This document shows, one piece after another, positions 28,787-36,608 of a stretch of DNA of 51,303 nucleotides; the first letter of the stretch is position 1, and each line of letters starts with the position of its first letter. Source of the stretch: a bacterium. Its GTDB lineage: Bacteria; JADJOY01. The notes beneath the pieces are model-generated. The model worked only from the letters and a program-made list of their open reading frames with translations, had not been told where the DNA came from and ran no database searches. The stretch is from NCBI GenBank assembly GCA_046331705.1, contig JAXLQJ010000019.1:62001-113303 (forward strand), written 5' to 3'. A program made the position numbers and the translations under genes.

Positions 28787-28802
28787 TGCAAGGTCGAGGC
28801 CT
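28787..28802 (-). promoter_or_regulatory. Sigma54-like promoter upstream of the diheme cytochrome
   Basis: Minus strand AGGCCTCGACCTTGCA, GG-N10-GC. Confidence 0.45.
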
Positions 28803-29044
28803 TGCGCCTCACGCCGAGCGCGGGTCGGGCAGCGACGGGTAAGTGGTGAGAATCGCGATGGAACGGACGCCGACGCTGAAAGCGGCCCGGGCGATGACGC
28901 AGCGGGTCGCACGTTCGACGCGGATTCCGCCCGATACCCGTCGACGGGGTGTTTCCGTCCGGTGACATCGTCCGGCGCGGGAGTCCCGAGGCGTTCCACA
29001 GGGACCACGACGCCGTAGCGCTGGTCGCCAGCTCCCGACCGTTC

Positions 29045-29242
29045 TCAGAGCGCGCTTCGGCGCACCAACTCGCGTGTGACGTGGACCAGATAGATCACCA
29101 CGCCGCAGCCCACCAGGGGCACGCCCAGGAACGCGAGGGCCAGAAACGTGCCGGGTGTGGTGCGTACCAACACGCCCGGCACGAACGCGAGGCCGAGCAG
29201 CTCGAGCGCGATGGCCAGGCGCAGCACTTGAGGTCGCGTCAT
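29045..29242 (-). CDS. Small two-TM membrane protein (65 aa)
   Basis: MTRPQVLRLAIALELLGLAFVPG..FLALAFLGVPLVGCGVVIYL; ATGA overlap with the NapC-like gene. Confidence 0.7.
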   Translation of the reverse strand: MTRPQVLRLAIALELLGLAFVPGVLVRTTPGTFLALAFLGVPLVGCGVVIYLVHVTRELVRRSAL

Positions 29243-29946
29243 GGGTGCTCCGAACCTGCGCCGGCGGCGAAGCCGAGCACCGCTGTGGGGCTCGGCATCG
29301 CCGGCGCTGCCTTCTTCGGTTCCCAGAACTCGTACGAATCGAGGTCGTCGACCGGGTGGATGAGGTCGTGGCAATCGCTCTGCATGCACGACACCTCGCC
29401 AGTCAGGATCTTGGCCAGCGGCGCGGCGGCGGTCCTGTGTTGCTTCGACGCTTCGAAACGCCGCGAGCCGCGGTGGCACCACAAGCAGTTGTCGTTGGGA
29501 AAAGGTTCGTAGAGCTGGATCTTGTCGGGAACCCCGCCCAGATAGTGACGGTAGATGTGCCGCAGCCCGCCCAGCTTGGCTTTCACGTCGCCGAACATCG
29601 AGTAGTCGGCGTGGCACGTGTAGCAGGCGTGGTCGCGCGTGAGCAGGTTGTTCTGGAAATGCACCGCGGGCACGACCTCTTCGTCGTCGATGGTCAACGT
29701 CTTCGCGAACGGAGCCATCTCGTGGCACGAGTCGCGGCAGAACGCGGTGCGCGTCGACTCGTGCAGACCATGGCGCACGCTCACGATCAACGAGCCGATG
29801 GGCAGTACCGTCAACCCCACCAGCAGCAGGATTCGGCCCGCTCGCTCCTCCGCTAGCCGGTCGACGAACATCAGGAGGTAGATCGAGAGCCCGATCGTGA
29901 CGAGCCACCCACCCAAGAGCACCAGGTGCTCGGCGATCATGCGCAT
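29239..29946 (-). CDS. NapC/NirT/CymA-family membrane-anchored tetraheme cytochrome c
   Basis: Two TM helices; FCRDSCHEM, CYTCH..AKLGGLRH, CLWCH, CMQSDCH. Confidence 0.85.
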   Translation of the reverse strand: MRMIAEHLVLLGGWLVTIGLSIYLLMFVDRLAEERAGRILLLVGLTVLPIGSLIVSVRHGLHESTRTAFCRDSCHEMAPFAKTLTIDDEEVVPAVHFQNNLLTRDHACYTCHADYSMFGDVKAKLGGLRHIYRHYLGGVPDKIQLYEPFPNDNCLWCHRGSRRFEASKQHRTAAAPLAKILTGEVSCMQSDCHDLIHPVDDLDSYEFWEPKKAAPAMPSPTAVLGFAAGAGSEHP

Positions 29947-30012
29947 GTGTCACTCACCCCGGTTGCGAGAACGTCTTCGCGCGGTGCGACTGGGTCGCGC
30001 ACGCCGACGAGA

Positions 30013-30429
30013 TCACTTCTTCAGTCCCCCCAACCACTCGGCGACCACCTTGAGCTCGTCCTTCGTGCCCCGAAAGCGCTTCTTGTGCTTTCTGCCGTCG
30101 AGCGTTTCCTGCTTCACCAGGAACTTCGCGATCCAGAGCTTGTCCTTCTCGGCGCCGACGTTGGAGAGGTCGGGCGGATCACGCTTCTCGCCCGTGTCGG
30201 GCTCGTCCCCTTCTTCGTCCGTCGGGTCTTCGCTCTCGACGATCGCGACACCCTGGCTCTCGATCTTGTGGCAGCGGTTGCATTTCTGCGCGACGAAGAT
30301 CTTCTTGCCGTCCGCGTCCTGCGCGCGCGCGGCGGGAGCAGCGACGATCGTGGCGATGACCAGAGCCGTCATCGCCACGAGGATCGTCCGGATCCTGAGG
30401 GGCGGGATGTCGCGTTTGTCGTGACCCAT
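30013..30429 (-). CDS. Monoheme cytochrome c
   Basis: Signal peptide ARA-Q; GKKIF..KCNRCH; PDLSNVG; AGGAG RBS. Confidence 0.88.
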   Translation of the reverse strand: MGHDKRDIPPLRIRTILVAMTALVIATIVAAPAARAQDADGKKIFVAQKCNRCHKIESQGVAIVESEDPTDEEGDEPDTGEKRDPPDLSNVGAEKDKLWIAKFLVKQETLDGRKHKKRFRGTKDELKVVAEWLGGLKK

Positions 30430-30526
30430 CACGTCGCTTCTCCTCCTGGCTCGCCGCGCGAGCCGTTCGAGTTTCGGATGCCCTGCCCTGCGCTGCGTCG
30501 AGGTCGTCGTGGACGCGCGTGTGCGG

Positions 30527-30901
30527 TCACGGCAGCGCACCGCCGTCGATCCAGGACGCCACCGTGAGCGCCTCGGCGCCGTTCGCCGGGAGCGGCGTGC
30601 CGCCGCCGTGGGACACGGCTCCCGTGGCCTTGCGCTGGAGCAGGCTGGCTGCCGAGTCTCCGGCGACGACCAGGGCGCTCACGGTCGTGTAGTCCCGGGT
30701 TGCGTCGCCGCTGAGCGGCATCTTCTTGTTCGACGGCTTGTGGCAGCCGGCGCAATGGCTCATGAGGATCGGATGGATGTCGGCGGCGAAGGTGGGCACG
30801 TCGCTGCCGCCGCTTCCGTCGCCCGCGCCGCGGTGGAAGTCGCCGCACCCGGCGAGCAGCACGAACGCCAGCGCCGCAGCGATGCAACCCTCAGAAGTCA
30901 T
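30527..30901 (-). CDS. Monoheme cytochrome c lipoprotein (planctomycete cytochrome C-like domain)
   Basis: Lipobox LLAGC; PTFAADIHPILMSHCAGCH; C-terminal WIDGGA. Confidence 0.85.
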   Translation of the reverse strand: MTSEGCIAAALAFVLLAGCGDFHRGAGDGSGGSDVPTFAADIHPILMSHCAGCHKPSNKKMPLSGDATRDYTTVSALVVAGDSAASLLQRKATGAVSHGGGTPLPANGAEALTVASWIDGGALP

Positions 30902-32033
30902 AGCGGAGCTCCAATCGCAGGAAGTCGTTGGCCTGCTCGTCTGCTTCCTCGAGCCGCCAGTAGTGGGAGAGGCCGACGGTCGCGCCGCGATGGAGGGCGA
31001 CGATCGAGACGCTGTGGGCGCTGGTGTCGTTGGCGTCCTTCCGCTCGTCGTCGAAGTAAAAGCCGTCGCGGTTGTCGTAGGAGCGGAAGCCGCCGCGGTA
31101 CTGCAGGTAGAGCCAGTCGGTGGCGTAGTAGCGGACCTGCACGTAGTCGCCGAAGTGGTAGTAGTTGTGAGCGGAGGATTTCTCGATCACGTCGGCGCGC
31201 ATCGCGCCCACCGCGACCGCGAGGTTTTCGAGGACGGGCCAATCGGGCCGCCAGAGCGTGACGTCGACGGCTTGCATGACGAGCCGCTGCCCGAAGCCCA
31301 TGTTGTTCACGTAGATCGAGTACCAACCGCTCACGGGCCCCCAGCCGACCCGCACGCGATTGCCGACGCCGAAGCGCACCGCGTCGGAGGACGAGAGGTC
31401 GGAGGTCAGGTCTACGACCGCATCCGTAGCGTCCACGGCGTACCCCTGTACGCCGTAGAGATCGTTCGCGATCGTGAGATCGCCGAGCTGGCTCACCAGC
31501 CCGAGGGTGCCGCCGAGCTCGGCCCACACCGTCGGGAGGATCTCTTGGTCGAATCCGGTCAGACCGCCATAGGCGTGGTGAAAGAGCGGGTCCGGTCCGA
31601 ACGGCACCAGGATCTTCCCCGCCTTGAGTGTCGCGACGGCGGGCGCGAAGCCCAGCTCCTCGCGCACCCCGATCTCGTAGAACGTGAGGTCGACGACCTC
31701 CGCGGTGAGGAAGAACGGATCGTCCTTCGCGTGCCGGTCGACGAACAGGAAGTGGTGGTAGTTCTTCAGCACGTCGTGGCCGTCGAGGGGGTTGTCGGTG
31801 TAGTCGCGCCTCTCGTAGGCGAAGTCGAACGCGCCGTGCAGCGAGATGTCTTGCAGGATGGGGAGCAGGGCGAGGCCGCCGGGAAGATTGCTGGTGCCGT
31901 CAGTGCCCGCCGCCGGCTTCGAGTCGCCCGTTCCTGCGGCCGCGGGGCCTGCGCCCGTTGCGTCCGCAGCGCGTGCGGCCACGGCCAACGCGATCGCCCC
32001 GAGCCATGCACCGACGACGATTCGAAATCTCAC
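30891..32033 (-). CDS. Outer-membrane porin-type beta-barrel
   Basis: Signal peptide; GKILVPFG motif typical of porin families; Tyr-rich amphipathic strands; C-terminal LRLELRYDF beta-signal. Confidence 0.82.
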   Translation of the reverse strand: MRFRIVVGAWLGAIALAVAARAADATGAGPAAAGTGDSKPAAGTDGTSNLPGGLALLPILQDISLHGAFDFAYERRDYTDNPLDGHDVLKNYHHFLFVDRHAKDDPFFLTAEVVDLTFYEIGVREELGFAPAVATLKAGKILVPFGPDPLFHHAYGGLTGFDQEILPTVWAELGGTLGLVSQLGDLTIANDLYGVQGYAVDATDAVVDLTSDLSSSDAVRFGVGNRVRVGWGPVSGWYSIYVNNMGFGQRLVMQAVDVTLWRPDWPVLENLAVAVGAMRADVIEKSSAHNYYHFGDYVQVRYYATDWLYLQYRGGFRSYDNRDGFYFDDERKDANDTSAHSVSIVALHRGATVGLSHYWRLEEADEQANDFLRLELRYDF

Positions 32034-32066
32034 GTGCAGCCTCCGTGGGATGGGCCAGCGTGAAGA

Positions 32067-32486
32067 TCAGTCCTTGAACAAGTCCTCGATGTTCTCGATC
32101 GGCTCTTTGCTCGCGCCGAGGTGACACGACTCGCATTCGATGCGGTCGTCGTCGACGCGCCATGCGAGACGTCCGTTGTGACAGGCCCCGCAGAAGGCAC
32201 CGCGTCTCATGTCGGCATGTGTGAAGCCGCGTTTCGCCTGCGGAAAGATCGTGGGATGACACGCGTAGCAACGGAACTGATCGTGGCGCCAATGCGAGAA
32301 CACCCCGGGTTCGGGCGGATCGCTGTCGTCGTGTGCTTTCACGATCGGAACGGCGACGCGATCCGGTACCGCGGCGCCGAGAACCGGTAGCGCGAACGTG
32401 ATCGCGGCGACCGCGAGCAAGCCCAGGCGTCTCCGTCGCCAACCATTGCTGTTTGCCGTGTCGCGCGGTTCGGATTGCCGGTGCAT
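32067..32486 (-). CDS. c7-type triheme cytochrome
   Basis: FSHWRH..CYACHPTIF..MRRGAFCGACHNG..CESCH. Confidence 0.9.
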   Translation of the reverse strand: MHRQSEPRDTANSNGWRRRRLGLLAVAAITFALPVLGAAVPDRVAVPIVKAHDDSDPPEPGVFSHWRHDQFRCYACHPTIFPQAKRGFTHADMRRGAFCGACHNGRLAWRVDDDRIECESCHLGASKEPIENIEDLFKD

Positions 32487-32504
32487 CGCTCTCCCCTCCC
32501 TCGC

Positions 32505-33200
32505 TCACGCGGGCTTGGCCAGGAGCCCCTCGAACCAATCGGGCGTCGAGCGATGTCGCGCGACGATCTCGAGCCCGGCTTCCTCCATCTCGCGGTCCAA
32601 TCCGCTGGCGACCAGGTCACGGATGGTGGCTGCCTCCGGGTTGCCCGGGATCCAGAGGAAGAGCCAGGCGCTACGCCACCAGCCCGACCAGCGCGTCCGA
32701 GTGCGCGCCGGCTCGACAGCCAGGACGCGGCCGTCCGCGCGGCACACGCGGCGCGCTTCGCGCAAGACCGCGAGCCTGAGCGTCTTCGGCATCTCGTGGA
32801 GCGCACCGCCGATGAGCACGCGGTCGACGCTCGCCGGCTCGAGCGCGGTGCTCGCGGCGTTGCCGACGCGGTACTCGATCCGCCCGACGGGATCGCGACG
32901 GCGCGCCATCGCGATCTGACCCGCGCCGAGGTCGATGCCCGTGATGCGCGCGTTGGGATGGGTTGCGAGGATGGCCCGCTCGGCGGCGCCGGTACCGCAG
33001 CCCAGCGAGACGATGCGCTGGCCGTCGCGGGCGTCGAGCCAGCCCGTCACCTGGCGGCGCCACGCCGCGGCACCGCCCACGGGCAGCAGCATGAAGCCGA
33101 CGATCCAATCGTAGAGCGGCGCCGCGAGCCCGTAGCCGAGCTCCTGGGCGCGGCCGACGTAGCCGGACTCGCGAACGCCGACCCGTGGCTCCGGATTCAT
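32505..33200 (-). CDS. Class I SAM methyltransferase (UbiE/MenG-like)
   Basis: IVSLGCGTG, ITGIDL, GNA..SVD, ALHEMP, EARRVCRADG. Confidence 0.88.
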   Translation of the reverse strand: MNPEPRVGVRESGYVGRAQELGYGLAAPLYDWIVGFMLLPVGGAAAWRRQVTGWLDARDGQRIVSLGCGTGAAERAILATHPNARITGIDLGAGQIAMARRRDPVGRIEYRVGNAASTALEPASVDRVLIGGALHEMPKTLRLAVLREARRVCRADGRVLAVEPARTRTRWSGWWRSAWLFLWIPGNPEAATIRDLVASGLDREMEEAGLEIVARHRSTPDWFEGLLAKPA

Positions 33201-33255
33201 GCGCGTGCCGACCGAGGCATCCGCGCGCGGCGGCGCTCGCGAGCGATCCGCGCGC

Positions 33256-34482
33256 TCACGAGCTGAACGCCTCGATGACCACGTCACCGTCGAGCGCACG
33301 CCGCCGCACCCGCCGCAGCGCGGGCTCCCGCAGGCGCGGAAGCAGCGAGGGACCACGGCCGTGCTCGATCGCGCCCTCGTAGACCAGCCATTGATCGACG
33401 CGTCCTTCCGCGATCCAGCGCTCGAGCAGCGTGGGGCCCGCCTCGAGCAGCATGCGCCGCACGCAATTGCTCCACAGCCACGCTTGCACGCGGGCGAGGC
33501 TCAAGCGGCCGTCGCTCTTAGCTTCGATGTCGACGACCACCGCGCCGCGCGCTTCCAGGGCGCGGCGCCGGTCGCCCGCCGCGCCCGCTCGGCCCAGCAC
33601 GAAGACCGGGCCCGCCGCCTCCGCTTCGCCCGCGCGCTCGAAGAGCCGCGCCGACGGCGGCGTTCGAAGCTCGGAGTCGAGAACCACCCGTGCCGGCGGG
33701 AAGGCGGGGAGCGCTGCGCCGCGCACGCTCAGGCGAGGATCGTCGGCCAGCACGGTGCCCACGCCGGTGACGATCGCGTCGACTTGCCCGCGCCACTGGT
33801 GCACCTCGGCGCGGGACGCGGGGCTCGAGATCCAGCGCCCGTCGCCGATCCCCTCCGGCGGCGTGAGCTGCCCGCTGCGGGTTTGCGCCCATTTCGCGAT
33901 GGTCCACGGCACCCGTCGCCGCATTCGCTCCGGGGCGATCCACGCGAGGAAATGCTCCGAGCCCACGGCGAGCGGCGCCGCGCCCTCGAAGAGCAACACC
34001 TCGCGCCCCGCGGCCCGCAGCGTCTCCAGACCACGGCCTTGATGGCGGGGATCGGGATCGCGCGCGCCGACCACCACGCGGCTCGCCGAGGATGCGAGCA
34101 CCGCGTCCACGCAGGGCGGAGTCTTGCCGTGGCTCGAGCACGGCTCGAGCGTCACCACGAGCGTGTCGAAGCCGTTCGCCGCGCCGCCGTTCGCCTGCAC
34201 CGCACGGAGCGCTTCGACCTCGGCGTGGCCGCCGCCCCACACGGTGTGGAAGGCGCGCGCCACCTCGACGTCGCCGCGCAACAGCGCTGCTCCCACGCAC
34301 GGATTGGGCGCGACCTGGTAGCGGAACTCGCGCGCGGCCTCCGCCAGCTCGGCGAGCAGCGCGCGGTAGCGGTCCTCCTGTGCGCGGCTCACGCGGCCCG
34401 GCGCACCCGCGTCCGCCGCGCTCGCAAGCGGCGTCGGCGCCGTCGCGGCGCGCCCACCGTGCGTGCGATCCGACGTCGTCAT
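33256..34482 (-). CDS. ribD: RibD/ToxE-type bifunctional pyrimidine deaminase/reductase
   Basis: PNPCVGA, HAE, TLEPCS.HGKTPPC, WISS..SR..VH..R, TVLADDPRL, EAGPTL; ATGA overlap. Confidence 0.93.
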   Translation of the reverse strand: MTTSDRTHGGRAATAPTPLASAADAGAPGRVSRAQEDRYRALLAELAEAAREFRYQVAPNPCVGAALLRGDVEVARAFHTVWGGGHAEVEALRAVQANGGAANGFDTLVVTLEPCSSHGKTPPCVDAVLASSASRVVVGARDPDPRHQGRGLETLRAAGREVLLFEGAAPLAVGSEHFLAWIAPERMRRRVPWTIAKWAQTRSGQLTPPEGIGDGRWISSPASRAEVHQWRGQVDAIVTGVGTVLADDPRLSVRGAALPAFPPARVVLDSELRTPPSARLFERAGEAEAAGPVFVLGRAGAAGDRRRALEARGAVVVDIEAKSDGRLSLARVQAWLWSNCVRRMLLEAGPTLLERWIAEGRVDQWLVYEGAIEHGRGPSLLPRLREPALRRVRRRALDGDVVIEAFSS

Positions 34483-35501
34483 GGGCGGCCCTCGCTCTCG
34501 CGCCAGTCCAGGACGACCGCCAACGCCGCGTCGCGCTCGCCGAGGACCGCCCGGTAGGCGTCGGCCGCGCGAGTGTAGGGAAAGCGGTGCGAGATCAGGC
34601 TCGCGACCTCCATCTCGCCATGGGCCAGCGCGGCGAGGAAGATCTCCGCGTGACGCTGGGCGGACCACGGCGCGTCGGCGGTGGCACGCGGCGGATGGGA
34701 GAAGTAGTGGGTGCCGATGATCGACAGGCTGGCGCGGTTGCACCCATCGTGGAAGTCGAAGCGCGTCTCGCCCGACGGGCTGCTCAGGACCACGATGCGC
34801 CCTTGCTCGCGTACCAGCGCGGGAAGCGCCCGCATCGCATCCGGGTGTCCCGAGACCTCGAAGGCCACGTCGACGAGCGCGCCGCCGGCGGCGGCGCGGA
34901 CCTGCGTGTCGAGCGCATCCGCGTCTGCCGGGATCGCGACGAAGCTCGGCGTGCGAGGCAGCTTGGCCATGCGGGAGGGCGAGCGATCGGTGCCGATGAC
35001 CGGGCGCGCGCCCGCGAACGCCGCGGCGCGGGCGGTGAGCTGCCCCAGCAAGCCGAGTCCGCAGACCAGCGCCCGCTCTCCCCACGCCAGCGCGCCGCGG
35101 CGCAACCCGTTGAGCGCCACCTCGGCGAGGGTGGTGAACGCCGCCGACTCCGGGTCCACGCCGTCGGGCACCGGCCGCAGCTCGTCGGCCCGCACCGTGA
35201 TCCACGCGGCGTGGGGGCCATGGCTGCTCACGATCCGATCGCGCCAGCTCGCGTCCACCTCCGCACCGCATTCCACGACCCGCCCGACGTTGCTGTAGCC
35301 GACGTCGCGCGGGAACGAGGCGAGCTTGGACCAGGTCTCGCCGAGCCCGGGCGCGGCGGCGAGCAACGTGCCCTCGGTCCCATTGCTGATCAGCGAGCAG
35401 ATCGTCTCGATCAGCACCTCGCCGCGGCCCGGCGCGCGCAGTCCACGCGACTCGATCTCCACCTGGAGCGGAGCCGCGAAGACCACCTGCGCGTTCTTCA
35501 T
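34479..35501 (-). CDS. MDR-family dehydrogenase lacking the structural-Zn cysteines
   Basis: SLISNGTE, GYSNVGRV, GLGLLG Rossmann motif; ATGA overlap. Confidence 0.88.
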   Translation of the reverse strand: MKNAQVVFAAPLQVEIESRGLRAPGRGEVLIETICSLISNGTEGTLLAAAPGLGETWSKLASFPRDVGYSNVGRVVECGAEVDASWRDRIVSSHGPHAAWITVRADELRPVPDGVDPESAAFTTLAEVALNGLRRGALAWGERALVCGLGLLGQLTARAAAFAGARPVIGTDRSPSRMAKLPRTPSFVAIPADADALDTQVRAAAGGALVDVAFEVSGHPDAMRALPALVREQGRIVVLSSPSGETRFDFHDGCNRASLSIIGTHYFSHPPRATADAPWSAQRHAEIFLAALAHGEMEVASLISHRFPYTRAADAYRAVLGERDAALAVVLDWRESEGRP

Positions 35502-36583
35502 GGCGCGGCGCTCGCGCCGGTCGGGTGCACCATCACCTTCACGGCGTCCGAGCGGCGTTTCTCGCGCGCTGCGTCGAAGCCGTCCTGGATGCGCGTGAGC
35601 GGCACGTGGTGGGTGATCAACGGCGCGCTCCGGACGCGGCCTCTCGCCAGCTCGTCGATGGCGATCGAGATCTCGCGGATCTCGTTCCATGCGCCGTAGC
35701 TGTTGCTGAAGCGCAGGTCGATCTCCTTGCGGTTGGCGATCGAGTAGCGAAGCCGAAGATCGTCCCAGAAGGCCCCCAGCACCACCACCGCCGCCCCGGG
35801 CGCCGCCGCGGCGAGGGCCACGTCCAGCGCCGCGCCGCTGCCGCCGACGGTCTCGAACACCAGGTCCGCGCCGACCCCACCCGTGAGGTCGCGCAGCCCC
35901 GCGCCGACCTCCTCCGGCAGCGTCGAGACGATGGTCACGTCCGCGGCGCCCGCGGCGCGGGCTTGCTCCGCGGCGCGCGCGCGGCGCGCCACCAGGATCA
36001 CGCACTCGGCGCCCCACGCGCGCAGCAGCTGGCCGAGACAGAGCGCCACCGCCCCCGAGCCGACGATCACCACCCGTCGCCAGGCGCGATCGGATACCCG
36101 GTGGATCGCATGGACGCCGCACGCGTACACGTCCGCGAGCGCGCCGTCGTCGAACGAGAGTGCCTCGGGAAGCGCGTGGAGGTGGCTCGCCAGCGCGACG
36201 TCGATCTCGGAGAAGCCGGCGCTCGACCAGCGCTCGCCGTTCACGACGCCGCGGCTCGGACAGACGTGGCCGTGGCCGGCGCGGCAGGTTCCGCACTCGC
36301 CGCAGGCGGCCAGGTGCATGGGTTCGACGACCACGCGGTCGCCGACCGTGAAGTCGCGCACGCCGTGGCCCACCTCCACGATCACTCCGGCCAGCTCGTG
36401 GCCCAGCCGGCGCGGCCACACGGATGGGCTCCCCCACGGGTTCCGGCCCTGGACGTAGTGCAGATCCGAGCCGCAGATTCCGGCGGAGCGAACCTCGAGC
36501 GCCACCTGTCCCGCCCCGACGGTGGGCGGCGGGCGATCCTCCACGAGGATCTCGCCGTCGGCGTGGAAGAACGCGGTCTTCAT
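35498..36583 (-). CDS. Zinc-dependent MDR alcohol/polyol dehydrogenase
   Basis: GICGSDLH, LGHELAG, CGECGTCRAG..VC, GSGAVA. Confidence 0.92.
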   Translation of the reverse strand: MKTAFFHADGEILVEDRPPPTVGAGQVALEVRSAGICGSDLHYVQGRNPWGSPSVWPRRLGHELAGVIVEVGHGVRDFTVGDRVVVEPMHLAACGECGTCRAGHGHVCPSRGVVNGERWSSAGFSEIDVALASHLHALPEALSFDDGALADVYACGVHAIHRVSDRAWRRVVIVGSGAVALCLGQLLRAWGAECVILVARRARAAEQARAAGAADVTIVSTLPEEVGAGLRDLTGGVGADLVFETVGGSGAALDVALAAAAPGAAVVVLGAFWDDLRLRYSIANRKEIDLRFSNSYGAWNEIREISIAIDELARGRVRSAPLITHHVPLTRIQDGFDAAREKRRSDAVKVMVHPTGASAAP

Positions 36584-36608
36584 CGTCTCGATCGCTCCGT
36601 CCCGTGGC

